A DNA stretch of 64,000 nt from Candidatus Magasanikiibacteriota bacterium (lineage in GTDB: Bacteria > Patescibacteriota > Patescibacteriia > Magasanikbacterales > UBA922): assembly GCA_016207245.1 (NCBI GenBank), contig JACQQA010000012.1, positions 5,722 through 69,721 of the forward strand. Direction: 5' to 3'. Of this stretch, positions 43,744-53,025 are shown piece by piece (position 1 is the first letter of the stretch; each line of letters begins with the position of its first letter). Position numbers and translations under genes: made by a program. The notes under the pieces were generated by a model that was given only the letters and a program-made list of their open reading frames with translations, was not told where the DNA came from and did no database searches.

Positions 43744-45108
43744 TCAATCCTTTTTTTGTTTATATTCCGGCGGAGAAATCTGCAAATCAATCCGGTTTAA
43801 GTCGCGCGGGAACAGCGTGGCGTATTTGATATTATCAATATCCAGCAGTTTGGCGGTCATGCGCTCCAAACCGATTGCCAGCCCGCCTTCCGGAGGCATG
43901 CCATATTTAAACGCCTCCAAATAAAACTCAAATTTTTCCGGCTTTAAGCCCCACTTTTTAATATTGGCAACCAACTGATCATAATCATTAATACGCTGAC
44001 CGCCGGTGGTCACCTCTACCCCGCGGAAAAGCAGATCAAAACTCTTGGTAAATTCCGGATCGGTTTCATCAGGATAAGTATACATTGGACGTTTGACGGT
44101 TGGATAATGCGTTACAAAAACAAAATCCGACTGAAATTTTTTCTTTGCATACTCACAGATCCATTTTTCTTCATTCGGTTCTAAATCAGGCTCTTTGGTG
44201 TGGTCAATTTTTGTTTCTTGTTTAATTATTTCCTGCGCCTCGCGTAATTTGAAAACCGGTATTTTTTCCGGCAATTCCGGACGAATATAATTTAATAATT
44301 TTAATTCCCGCGCGACTGTTTTATCCAGATGATCCAACAAAAAGCGCAAAAATTTTGTTTCCAATTCCATGACATCGGTATGGTCTTTTATCATGCCAAA
44401 TTCCAAATCCAAACTGGTATATTCATTTATATGACGCGTAGTGGCATGCTCCTCGGCGCGGTAAACATTGCCGACCGTGAACACGCGCTCAAACGCGCCA
44501 ACCATTATTTGCTTATAAAACTGCGGACTTTGCGCCAAATATGCTTTGGTATCAAAATATTTAATTTCAAAAACATTGGAGCCACCCTCGGTGGAATCAC
44601 CAACGATTTTTGGACACTGAAATTCAGTAAAACTTTCACCGCGCAAAAATGCCCGAAACGCTTCCACGATTTCGCTCTGCACCTTAAACACTGCACGCCA
44701 CTTTTCAGAGCGCAATGTGAGCGGTAAATTATCCAAATGCACGTCTAAACCGATTTTCTCGTCCTCTAAATCCAACGGCAGTGGCTCGGCTTTTGCCAAC
44801 ACTTTAAATCCTTTTGCCAACACCTCAATTTCGCCGGTGGCCAAATTCGGATTAATATTTTTTACCCCGCGTTTATTTACCAGACCCTTGATTTCAACTA
44901 CATACTCGCTATGAACGTCTTTAAGTAAATCATAATCCACGCCCAAATCATTTGGCACGCAAACTACCTGGACTAAACCGGCGCGGTCGCGCACATCCAA
45001 AAACACAATTTTGCCCAAATTGCGTCTAGTCTGCACCCAGCCGGCGATAGTTACTTCTTGGCCGACATGATTGACATTAAGTTCTCCGCAAGTGTTTGTA
45101 CGATTCAT
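43744..45108 (-). CDS. aspS: Aspartate--tRNA ligase, short archaeal/eukaryal-type (class IIb)
   Basis: Anticodon-binding OB fold (FLDVRDRAG), the AspRS-specific QSPQFYKQ motif and motif 3 GGLAIGLERMTAKLL. 454 aa rather than ~590. Confidence 0.8.
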   Translation of the reverse strand: MNRTNTCGELNVNHVGQEVTIAGWVQTRRNLGKIVFLDVRDRAGLVQVVCVPNDLGVDYDLLKDVHSEYVVEIKGLVNKRGVKNINPNLATGEIEVLAKGFKVLAKAEPLPLDLEDEKIGLDVHLDNLPLTLRSEKWRAVFKVQSEIVEAFRAFLRGESFTEFQCPKIVGDSTEGGSNVFEIKYFDTKAYLAQSPQFYKQIMVGAFERVFTVGNVYRAEEHATTRHINEYTSLDLEFGMIKDHTDVMELETKFLRFLLDHLDKTVARELKLLNYIRPELPEKIPVFKLREAQEIIKQETKIDHTKEPDLEPNEEKWICEYAKKKFQSDFVFVTHYPTVKRPMYTYPDETDPEFTKSFDLLFRGVEVTTGGQRINDYDQLVANIKKWGLKPEKFEFYLEAFKYGMPPEGGLAIGLERMTAKLLDIDNIKYATLFPRDLNRIDLQISPPEYKQKKD

Positions 45109-45235
45109 AACATCGATTAAAATAAACTAAAAAACAGATTCAGACAGACAACATTCAGTTTTAATCATCATCTTTATCAGTCTAAATCAATGCTTATATT
45201 CTACCAATTCTTGGCTTTTTTGGCAAGACTAAAAC

Positions 45236-45270
45236 AAAAACCCCCCGACGTAAAGTCAGGGGTCGCTCTT
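45236..45270 (-). terminator. Rho-independent terminator downstream of the Cys-rich lipoprotein gene
   Basis: On the minus strand: GACCCCTGACtttacGTCGGGGGG followed by TTTTTGTTTT. Confidence 0.5.
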
Positions 45271-45343
45271 AATATTCATCAAAAAAATAAATATTCAGAG
45301 GGATTTTGCGCGCTGGGTGTCACAGCGCGCGAGGTGGGGTAGA

Positions 45344-46399
45344 TTAATCATCGTACCAGCACAACGAATAGACATTATCGTCACTATCGTAGACTTTTTG
45401 ACAGGAGGTGTGCGGGAAGATGTTAGTTGGGCAGTCGGCGTCCGACTCGCAGTTGCAGAATGATGGATCGCCGTCATCACACCCCAGCGGGCAGATAGTT
45501 TGCGCCTTAAAGGGGTAAGTGCAGATGCTGTCCACGCACTTGCGATCTTTCATACCCGTGACGTACCAAACACCATCTTTGCATGAAGGAAGGTACGCGA
45601 CGTTCAAGTCACAGTCCTCATCGGACTCACACGGGCCCCATCCCGATGCGCAACCTCCAGTTTGGTAGTCGCACACATCGATGGTATCAGGGTCTCCATC
45701 GTTGCAGTCCGGCACATGCTCACACTGTTGGGAGACAGTACTGAAAAAGTCTACTGTGCAAGCGATGCTGTCATCGCAGTTTCCGTAGGGGTATTTCTGG
45801 CATTTAGCCGGAAAGAAGCTATCATCGTAACAATACCCATCCGGACCCAAAGCATCCTTACAGTCTTCGTACTCCACTAAATGTTCGCATTTGCCGTACA
45901 CGCATATGAACGTGTCCGACGATTCGTATGCCAGGTTGTCGCCCTGGCACCATGTAAGGTTGTTCCAGAATATATCTAACGTTCCGTTCGAATACGCAAG
46001 TTGGCAGTCGAACCCATCTTTGCACAACGTGCAGTAGGGTTCCTTGATTTTCGCGCACCCGCCCCCCTCCCATGTAGAGTGTACGCAGGCGTTGTCTTTG
46101 TACTCCTCCCCTTCTTCGCACGACCCAATGCAGTGTGGAATGGTAGCATGAGCGCAGTGTCTGTCTTGCGGATAGTATTTTTCCACAGTGCACGGATCAC
46201 CATCGTCGTCGCAGTCTTCATCAATTGTGCGTAGCCCGACATTGCTGTCAGCGTCGATGGAGGACGTCGTGTCCACATCACCGCTGTCCTCCGACGTGGA
46301 CTGGTAGGCGGTATCAACCGAGAGACTGGAACCGGAATCGGGACAGGCGGTCAGAAACAAAAACGAGAACAGGAACATGGTCGTCACGAAACGGTACAT
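45344..46399 (-). CDS. Cysteine-rich secreted lipoprotein
   Basis: Signal peptide with lipobox LFLTAC (MYRFVTTMFLFSFLFLTAC) after RBS GGGAG. An acidic S/D-rich linker, then >40 Cys in CDDGDPC / CxDxDxD-type repeats. GC content is above the window average. The tracked ORF starts upstream at 46426. Confidence 0.65.
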   Translation of the reverse strand: MYRFVTTMFLFSFLFLTACPDSGSSLSVDTAYQSTSEDSGDVDTTSSIDADSNVGLRTIDEDCDDDGDPCTVEKYYPQDRHCAHATIPHCIGSCEEGEEYKDNACVHSTWEGGGCAKIKEPYCTLCKDGFDCQLAYSNGTLDIFWNNLTWCQGDNLAYESSDTFICVYGKCEHLVEYEDCKDALGPDGYCYDDSFFPAKCQKYPYGNCDDSIACTVDFFSTVSQQCEHVPDCNDGDPDTIDVCDYQTGGCASGWGPCESDEDCDLNVAYLPSCKDGVWYVTGMKDRKCVDSICTYPFKAQTICPLGCDDGDPSFCNCESDADCPTNIFPHTSCQKVYDSDDNVYSLCWYDD

Positions 46400-46416
46400 G
46401 GTAATCTCCCTTGCGC

Positions 46417-46434
46417 GATTGCGCAATTATTGTA
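46417..46434. promoter_or_regulatory. Near-palindromic 16-bp operator-like site TTGCGCGATTGCGCAA between the putative -10 (TACAAT) and RBS of the Cys-rich lipoprotein gene
   Basis: TTGCGC..GCGCAA inverted repeat. A second inverted repeat, GGGACAccatTGTCCC (46443-46458), lies just upstream in the -35 to -10 spacer. Confidence 0.4.
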
Positions 46435-46625
46435 AAGTATGCCCGGGACACCATTGTCCCAAACACTCCATCCAACAGATCACCATATATTTACTTGATC
46501 TTCTAGATGGAATGTTTAGGAATTCCGGACTATTGTAAAAGAGCTGTTTCACTGTAAAAGTGAATAAATTATCTTAACAAAAAAATTAACTCTTGTCAAT
46601 CTTGAATTGTGGATAAACGTTCCGC

Positions 46626-47705
46626 CTAATTTTGTGCGGATTTCCTCAACTTACACACAAAAAACCCCTCAATCTCCTTTGTCGGCATTATCCGCAGGGC
46701 TTTTTTGACAACATCTGGATTTACCACCTTATTTTTCCACAACTTCACACACGACAATCGCCGAATATCTAATACTCCAATATCCAATATCTCGCCATCG
46801 CCATTCCGTTCCAAAAATTTCGTCATCTGCAATTCGTTCTCCTCCGGCGCGAAGGTGCAAGTGGAATAAACTAAAATCCCGCCGGGTTTTAGCGCGCTCC
46901 AGGCGGCGAGCAAAAGCCCCCATTGCTTATACGTCATTTCTTTTATTTTTTGCTCTTTCCAATAACCGTGGGTTTTCGGCTCGCCGGCGATAAACCGCGC
47001 TTCGGCGCTGCAGGGGGCGTCAAGCAATATCTTGTCAAAATATTCCGGATACTCGCGGCACAGAGCGCCGCCGTGCTCCATCCTCAACGAAAACCGCCAA
47101 CTGTCATTGCGAGCGACCGAAGGGAGCGCGGCAATCCAGTATCCGTCCTGGATTGCTTCGTCCCCCGCCATGGCGGGGTCCTCGCAATGACAGACGATAC
47201 CGAGCGCCTCCATATTATGCTTTAACTTAAAAAATCTAATTTTGTTATTATCATTCGCCACTAATTCACCTCTTAGCCCTCCGCCCAAGGCGGATCCGTC
47301 TGGGTCGGACATCAACGCCGCGATCTGCGAAGTTTTGCTTCCGGGCGCGGCGGTCAAATCCAAAACTTTTTCTCCGGGTTGGGGATCCAAAACCAACGGC
47401 GGAATCATACTCGCCAAACTTTGGATATAAATTTTTCCCTCATTATAAATATCCAAATCCGTTAATTCTCTTTTGCTTTTGTTTAACAAAATAAACGCGT
47501 CTTTATACCACGAAACTTGTCTGATCTTAAATCCTCGCTCAACGAGTGATGTAGTGATGATGTGATGCGGTGATTTAAGTGTATTAACGCGAAAAGTAGT
47601 AGAACGTTCAACAAAAGTTTTCTCAATCTCGCGAAACAAAGAAACGCCAAACATCTCTGTCAGGCGCTCTAAAAATTTTTCCGGCAGACTACGATCATGG
47701 AACAT
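46626..47705 (-). CDS. rRNA (cytosine-C5) methyltransferase, RsmB/RsmF (NOL1/NOP2/Sun) family
   Basis: SAM-binding DLTAAPGSKTSQIA, catalytic DAPCS and YSTCT motifs. Contains three apparent in-frame repeat-derived insertions (46764-46791, 47103-47191, 47283-47297). Confidence 0.8.
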   Translation of the reverse strand: MFHDRSLPEKFLERLTEMFGVSLFREIEKTFVERSTTFRVNTLKSPHHIITTSLVERGFKIRQVSWYKDAFILLNKSKRELTDLDIYNEGKIYIQSLASMIPPLVLDPQPGEKVLDLTAAPGSKTSQIAALMSDPDGSALGGGLRGELVANDNNKIRFFKLKHNMEALGIVCHCEDPAMAGDEAIQDGYWIAALPSVARNDSWRFSLRMEHGGALCREYPEYFDKILLDAPCSAEARFIAGEPKTHGYWKEQKIKEMTYKQWGLLLAAWSALKPGGILVYSTCTFAPEENELQMTKFLERNGDGEILDIGVLDIRRLSCVKLWKNKVVNPDVVKKALRIMPTKEIEGFFVCKLRKSAQN

Positions 47706-47719
47706 AGAACATGGAACAA

Positions 47720-48088
47720 CTACCGCCCGAGCTTCCTTCTAATACCTTCATTGGTACTATAAAGCATAGCGCTGATTTCGTTTTCTAAAGTTTTTGCCTT
47801 TTTGTATTCTTCTTCAGTGATATGTCCTAAATTCTTTGCTAAAAATTTAACATAAATTGACTCTTTCAAAGAGCCAAAAGATGTTTCGTAAAAATTCAAT
47901 TTTACCGCGTCCCGCATTCTTGCATAACCTTCCAAATAATTCAACATCACCGAGACTGACGCTCGCCGATCTTGCGAAATCAAACCGAACCGTTCATCAG
48001 GTGGATACTTCGCGCTTAATCTATAACTTAACAAAACATATTCATGAATCAAAACTTTCAATCTATCATGAAAATAATGCTCCTCCAT
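47720..48088 (-). CDS. Four-helix-bundle protein (family often encoded in 23S rRNA intervening sequences)
   Basis: LSAKYPPDERFGLISQDRRASVSVMLNYLEGYAR resembles the conserved core of the four-helix-bundle family (TIGR02436-like); 122 aa. Confidence 0.5.
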   Translation of the reverse strand: MEEHYFHDRLKVLIHEYVLLSYRLSAKYPPDERFGLISQDRRASVSVMLNYLEGYARMRDAVKLNFYETSFGSLKESIYVKFLAKNLGHITEEEYKKAKTLENEISAMLYSTNEGIRRKLGR

Positions 48089-48132
48089 AAATTTGTTAAA
48101 TGCTCAATGTTCCATTCTCCATGTTCCATCCG

Positions 48133-49452
48133 TCATGGTCTCAAACGATTAATCGTCCGCGGAAAGGGAACACACTCTCTGATGTGCTCGGCGCCGGAAA
48201 TCCAACGCACGACGCGCTCCACGCCAATACCAAAGCCGGAATGCGGCACCGAACCATATTTGCGCAAGTCTAAGTACCATTCATAATCTTTCTCGCTCAA
48301 ACCTTCGTGACCGATTCTCTCTATCAACAAATCATAATCATCCTCGCGCTGGGACCCGCCGATTAGCTCACCCGCGCCCTCAATCCCGATTAAATCATCA
48401 TTCAAAACCAAATCTGAATTTCCCGGATCTATTTTCATATAAAACGGCTTAATATTTTTAGGCCATTTTTCTATAAACACCGGCACGTCAGAATCTTTTG
48501 TTAAAAGCCCCTCGTCATCATTACCCAAATCCTCGCCATGTTTTATATCACTGCCTAATTTATTTAACTTTTTAATCGCCTCATCATAAGTATAACGAAC
48601 AAAAGGTTTATCAACCATCACCCTCAAAGCAGTCACATCGCGTTCCAAAATTTTAAATTCTTGTTGGCAATCTTCCAAACATTTTTTTACTATCGCCTTA
48701 ACTAAATTTTCTTGAATTTTCAAGTTTTCGTCATGTTCCACAAACGCGGCTTCAGCATCCATCATCCAAAACTCGGTCAAATGGCGTTTAGTCGCTGATT
48801 TTTCCGCGCGAAAAACCGGGCCAAAATCATAACACCGCCCGACTGACGCGATCGCGGCTTCAATATATAACTGGCCGGATTGAGATAAATAAGCTGTGCC
48901 TAAATCAAAATATGGCACGGGGAAAAGCGTGGTCGTGCCTTCGCAGGCATTTGGAGTAAAAATCGGCGAGTCAGTACGGATAAAATTCTCGCTGTGCAGA
49001 TATTTGTTAATCGCGGTCTCCACCGTGTCTCTAATCCGCAAAATCGCCCATTGTTTTTTTGACCGCAACCACAAATGCCGATTATCCATCAAAAATTCCG
49101 GCCCATGGTCTTTTTTGCTTATTGGGTATTCTTGCGCGAGTTGTATAATCTTGAAACTTGCTTGCCCTGAGCTTGCCGAAGGGATAATTTGCAACTCATA
49201 CACCCCTTCCTGCTTCGGATGCTTTGTGACTTTCCCCGTCACTTCAACCGATGACTCCTGCGTCGTCTTATCAATCGCTTCCCAAACTTCCGCCGGTAAA
49301 CCTTCTTTCACTGCCACGGCCTGCGCAAAACCAGAACCATCGCGGATTTCCAAAAACGCAATCTTGCCGGACGAACGTTTGTTGTTCAGCCAGCCTTTAA
49401 TTGTTACCTCCTCACCGACTTCGGTTGATAAATCTTTGATAAATGTTTGCAT
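48133..49452 (-). CDS. asnS: Asparagine--tRNA ligase (class IIb)
   Basis: OB fold FLEIRDGSG, the AsnRS-type LSQSGQLY motif (versus QSPQ in AspRS) and motif 3 GFGIGVERVVRWI; 439 aa. An in-frame repeat-derived insertion (PSASSGQAS) lies at 49168-49192. Confidence 0.65.
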   Translation of the reverse strand: MQTFIKDLSTEVGEEVTIKGWLNNKRSSGKIAFLEIRDGSGFAQAVAVKEGLPAEVWEAIDKTTQESSVEVTGKVTKHPKQEGVYELQIIPSASSGQASFKIIQLAQEYPISKKDHGPEFLMDNRHLWLRSKKQWAILRIRDTVETAINKYLHSENFIRTDSPIFTPNACEGTTTLFPVPYFDLGTAYLSQSGQLYIEAAIASVGRCYDFGPVFRAEKSATKRHLTEFWMMDAEAAFVEHDENLKIQENLVKAIVKKCLEDCQQEFKILERDVTALRVMVDKPFVRYTYDEAIKKLNKLGSDIKHGEDLGNDDEGLLTKDSDVPVFIEKWPKNIKPFYMKIDPGNSDLVLNDDLIGIEGAGELIGGSQREDDYDLLIERIGHEGLSEKDYEWYLDLRKYGSVPHSGFGIGVERVVRWISGAEHIRECVPFPRTINRLRP

Positions 49453-49690
49453 ATTTTCCAGACTTAAGACATAAGGCGTATGACGTAAGACGATAGATAA
49501 GAAAATCGTCCTAAACCCTATGCCCTACACCCTACGTCAGATTTTACCATTTTCCGCTTAAATAAGCAAGATTAAAAATGATGAAGCCCGATCGGATGAC
49601 CGGGCGAAGGTGGGTATCCGCCCAAGGCGGACAAGTTCGCGCGAGGCGAATAAGAAAAAAGAGCAACGGAGGAAGTGGCTGGCGTCGTTT

Positions 49691-50170
49691 TTATTGATCC
49701 TTCAAGACCAGAAATGCCGGATAAGAGTATCGCCATTGAATGTTGCGCCGTTCGACAAAGAGATCCCGGGTGTGGGGGCTGAACACCAACACATTCGCCC
49801 CATCGTCTTGGCCCAATGCGATTATATTGGCACTGCGCGCCATGAAATCCGTATCGCGCGGAAGGTGCGGATTAAGCGCATATCGCAACATGGCGAATGT
49901 CCCTCCCGGCGTCTGATGCCGTTTGCGCATTTCCGCCAACACTTGCATTCTCGTGACCGGCGGCTCAAAGAACACGGCGACGACATCGTCGGCAGACAGA
50001 TCGGCCTGCAGTGCCGGCAAGCGGCGCAGTAACGCTATCACCTTCTCGTCTATTGAAGGAAGATGGAGCGTCTTGAGCAGAGCGTCTAGTAGCGAATCCC
50101 ACTGCACAGCGACCACGCTGGCAGGTTCAGCGGAACTTTTCCGCTTTGTTCTGGGTACCATGACCACCAT
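49691..50170 (-). CDS. Hypothetical protein in a GC-rich islet
   Basis: 159-aa ORF with no recognisable motif. Local GC is clearly above the window average. Flanked at 49623-49637 by a TCCGCCCAAGGCGGA hairpin. Confidence 0.4.
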   Translation of the reverse strand: MVVMVPRTKRKSSAEPASVVAVQWDSLLDALLKTLHLPSIDEKVIALLRRLPALQADLSADDVVAVFFEPPVTRMQVLAEMRKRHQTPGGTFAMLRYALNPHLPRDTDFMARSANIIALGQDDGANVLVFSPHTRDLFVERRNIQWRYSYPAFLVLKDQ

Positions 50171-50221
50171 CCTTTCTATTTGTTTGTGTGGTTATATTAA
50201 AATACTAACACTAAATGTTTT

Positions 50222-50683
50222 TTATTTCAAGATAATCCCCTTTCGCAATTCTCTCCGAGATTCCCGACATTTCGGCACGGCCACCGCCAACAAATTCCAA
50301 AAATCGCGCGAGTGGTTGAATTCCCGCAAATGGCACAATTCATGCGCGATAATATACTCGGCTAATCTTTCCGGTAAAAAAATAATTTTATAATTAAAAT
50401 TCAGATTCCCCTTTTTGGAACAACTGCCCCAACGGGTCTTTTGATTCCTGATTGATATTTTTTTAAAAGAAAAATTATAAATTTTATTCATATTTTCTAC
50501 TTTCTTAAGAACAAACTCGCGCGCTTGCTCGCGGCGTTTTTTATACTCACGCTTGCCGCCGCCAATCCGCACGATTTTACCCATCACCCGCGCGTCGCAA
50601 TGCACCGCCACCCGCAACCGCTGAGCGCGGAGGCTTTTTTTAATTTGATACTCAATTTCGCGATTGTTTAGAAGCGTTTTCAT
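50222..50683 (-). CDS. YgjP-like metal-dependent hydrolase (DUF45 / M48-like)
   Basis: WGSCS...N followed by HELCHL (HExxH) and NHSRDFW, the DUF45 signature arrangement; 153 aa. Confidence 0.7.
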   Translation of the reverse strand: MKTLLNNREIEYQIKKSLRAQRLRVAVHCDARVMGKIVRIGGGKREYKKRREQAREFVLKKVENMNKIYNFSFKKISIRNQKTRWGSCSKKGNLNFNYKIIFLPERLAEYIIAHELCHLREFNHSRDFWNLLAVAVPKCRESRRELRKGIILK

Positions 50684-50705
50684 TTGATAATTATAACATA
50701 CAATT

Positions 50706-50780
50706 TGGCTCCCGGGGCTGGATTCGGACCAGCGATATCCACGTTAACAGCGTGGCGTTGTACCACTCAACTACCCGGGA
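50706..50780 (-). tRNA. tRNA-Asn (anticodon GUU), CCA encoded
   Basis: Minus strand TCCCGGGTAGTTGAGTGGTACAACGCCACGCTGTTAACGTGGATATCGCTGGTCCGAATCCAGCCCCGGGAGCCA. Perfect 7-bp acceptor stem; the anticodon loop CTGTTAA gives GUU; T-arm GCTGG-TCCGAAT-CCAGC. Confidence 0.85.
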
Positions 50781-50993
50781 TTAATTTAAACACCCACCTA
50801 TTCGGCGGGTGTAATCGGTTTTTCAATATGGAAAGCTACACTCCGCCGGCGGGTGAATTATTGTTATTATTATTTAATCGCGTAGTTTTCATATGGACAT
50901 AGTATAGCACAGAAAGAGAGCTTTGTCAAACTTTACCTTGACACCCGCCTCCCAAACCCATATAATTCTAATGTTAATTCTTAACCAACTTCT

Positions 50994-52406
50994 ATGTCAT
51001 TAATCAAAGACTCGGCGCGTAACTCGGTAATTTTACGGTTAATTTTAATTGGTGTGCTGTCGCTTTTACTCCTAATTCCTACCGGCATGATCAGCTCTAT
51101 AGTTTATGAGCGGGAATCTCGAAGCCAGGAAGCGATTAATGAGGTGAGTTCAAAATGGAGCAACGAACAAACTGTCGCCGGCCCGATTTTAACTATTCCC
51201 TACAAAAAGTATCTTAAAGACAAAGATAACCCAACCAAAGTAATTGAAACTGTTTCTTACGCGCATTTTTTGCCGGAACGTTTGGACATCAGCGGAAACA
51301 TAGAACCGAAAATGCTCAATCGCGGAATGTATGATGTCGTGGTATATAATTCCAAACTTGATTTAAGCGGCGGATTCAAAGCGCCGGATTGGGACAAATT
51401 GAATATCAACCCGACTGACACGTTTTTGGATCAAGCCACCGTATCTGTTAATATTCCGGACATGCGCGGAATAAAAGAAAAAATCGCCTTTGCCTGGAAT
51501 GGCGTGGCGATTAATTTAGAACCGGGAGTTCAGGGAGATATCGCCAAGTATTTAGATTTGACCGTGCCGATTCAATATAACGACACCGAACGATTCGACG
51601 AAGCGATGCCGACAAAAATAATGCCGCCGGACGCTGTTTCCAGGGGCGGATCCGGAGTCAGCGCCAAAGTTCCGGTTGGCAGTGATGGCGCGTATAATTT
51701 CAAATTAGTATTGGATCTAAACGGCAGCCAAAGATTAAATTTCCTGCCATTAGGCAGTGAGACTAATGTGGAAGTAAAATCAAGCTGGAATAATCCGAGT
51801 TTTGATGGAACATTTTTACCGGATGAACGTAATGTTACTAGCTCCGGCTTTACCGCGAAATGGAAAGTCCTGCAATTCAACCGAAATTATCCGCAAAGTT
51901 TCTCGGAATTATCCAACTCCAATTTAATTGGCTCGGCATTTGGCGTAAAACTGATGGTGCCGGTGGATCAATATCAAAAAACCTCCCGCGCGGTAAAATA
52001 CGCTATTTTGACCATCGCGCTGACTTTCCTGATATTTTTCTTTGTGGAAATATTCAACCGCACCCGCATTCATCCTTTCCAATATATTTTGGTTGGTCTG
52101 GCGCTGGTGCTGTTTTTCACTCTCCTGCTTTCCATTTCCGAACATTTGGGATTCAACTACGCTTATCTGACTTCCGCCGCGTCAATTTTGCTGATGACAT
52201 CTCTCTATACAAAAACCGTATTCAAAAACACCCGCGCGACAGTAATTTTATCTCTAATTCTTGTCGCTATTTACACCTTTATCTACACCATTCTGCAACT
52301 GCAAGATTACGCGCTCTTAATCGGCAGTATCGGCCTATTCTTCATCTTGGCCGCGGTGATGTTCATCTCGCGGAAGATTAATTGGTACGAAGTGGCAAAT
52401 CAGTAG
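50994..52406 (+). CDS. creD: Cell-envelope integrity inner-membrane protein CreD family
   Basis: N-terminal TM plus IVYERESRSQEAINEVSSKWSNEQTVAGPILTIPY resembles the CreD N-terminal signature. A large periplasmic region is followed by several C-terminal TM helices; 470 aa. Confidence 0.55.
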   Translation: MSLIKDSARNSVILRLILIGVLSLLLLIPTGMISSIVYERESRSQEAINEVSSKWSNEQTVAGPILTIPYKKYLKDKDNPTKVIETVSYAHFLPERLDISGNIEPKMLNRGMYDVVVYNSKLDLSGGFKAPDWDKLNINPTDTFLDQATVSVNIPDMRGIKEKIAFAWNGVAINLEPGVQGDIAKYLDLTVPIQYNDTERFDEAMPTKIMPPDAVSRGGSGVSAKVPVGSDGAYNFKLVLDLNGSQRLNFLPLGSETNVEVKSSWNNPSFDGTFLPDERNVTSSGFTAKWKVLQFNRNYPQSFSELSNSNLIGSAFGVKLMVPVDQYQKTSRAVKYAILTIALTFLIFFFVEIFNRTRIHPFQYILVGLALVLFFTLLLSISEHLGFNYAYLTSAASILLMTSLYTKTVFKNTRATVILSLILVAIYTFIYTILQLQDYALLIGSIGLFFILAAVMFISRKINWYEVANQ

Positions 52407-53023
52407 ATTGCCTCCACACCCCAATCAACCACTTTCCTTTCCAACCTCTCAACTAAAAAATTATAAATAAAATTATGTAATTCTCTGTGTTCTGTTAACT
52501 GTGTTATGTGTTTTGAAATAACCGGCCAATCTTGATTCTTCATAATTTCCAAATCACGCAAAAAGCGGAACTCAACGCCAGACGCAGTTATATCATACCC
52601 TAAACAATTTAACAATTTGACAATGAAACCATCTAATAACTTAAGATTTAAGATTGAAGATTTAAGATTGACGAACTCTAACCACGATTTTAATAAATCA
52701 AAAATTCTCTCATCCTTCTCACCAACATGCAGAATTTTATCTAAAAGCGAAACCACATAACCGGCGGCTAAACTTTTTTGCAAATCTTGTCTGATATTAA
52801 CAAAGTAATTTATCGGCTGGACTTTGGTGAGGTGGTCAATCCCCTTTCCGGGCGCGATTTCAATATCAACCAAAGAAAACGGCTCCAAATGAGCCGAGTT
52901 TTTAGAAATAATTTTTTTAACCCCGCGAGCCATCAGCTCTACTTTGCCTCTTTCTTTGGTGTAGCAACTTATGATCTGGTCGGATTCGCGGAAGTCTCGC
53001 CTAGTCAAGACAATAGCTTGCAT
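52400..53023 (-). CDS. recO: DNA repair protein RecO
   Basis: MQAIVLTRRDFRESDQIISCYTKERGKVELMARGVKK (RecO N-terminal OB-fold signature); 207 aa. Confidence 0.7.
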   Translation of the reverse strand: MQAIVLTRRDFRESDQIISCYTKERGKVELMARGVKKIISKNSAHLEPFSLVDIEIAPGKGIDHLTKVQPINYFVNIRQDLQKSLAAGYVVSLLDKILHVGEKDERIFDLLKSWLEFVNLKSSILNLKLLDGFIVKLLNCLGYDITASGVEFRFLRDLEIMKNQDWPVISKHITQLTEHRELHNFIYNFLVERLERKVVDWGVEAIY

Positions 53024-53025
53024 AA

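Noticed and set aside
50790-50900. Possible additional tRNA or ncRNA downstream of tRNA-Asn (hairpins CACCCACCTATTCGGCGGGTG, CACTCCGCCGGCGGGTG)
   Set aside because: No cloverleaf could be built. They are more likely terminator or REP-like hairpins.
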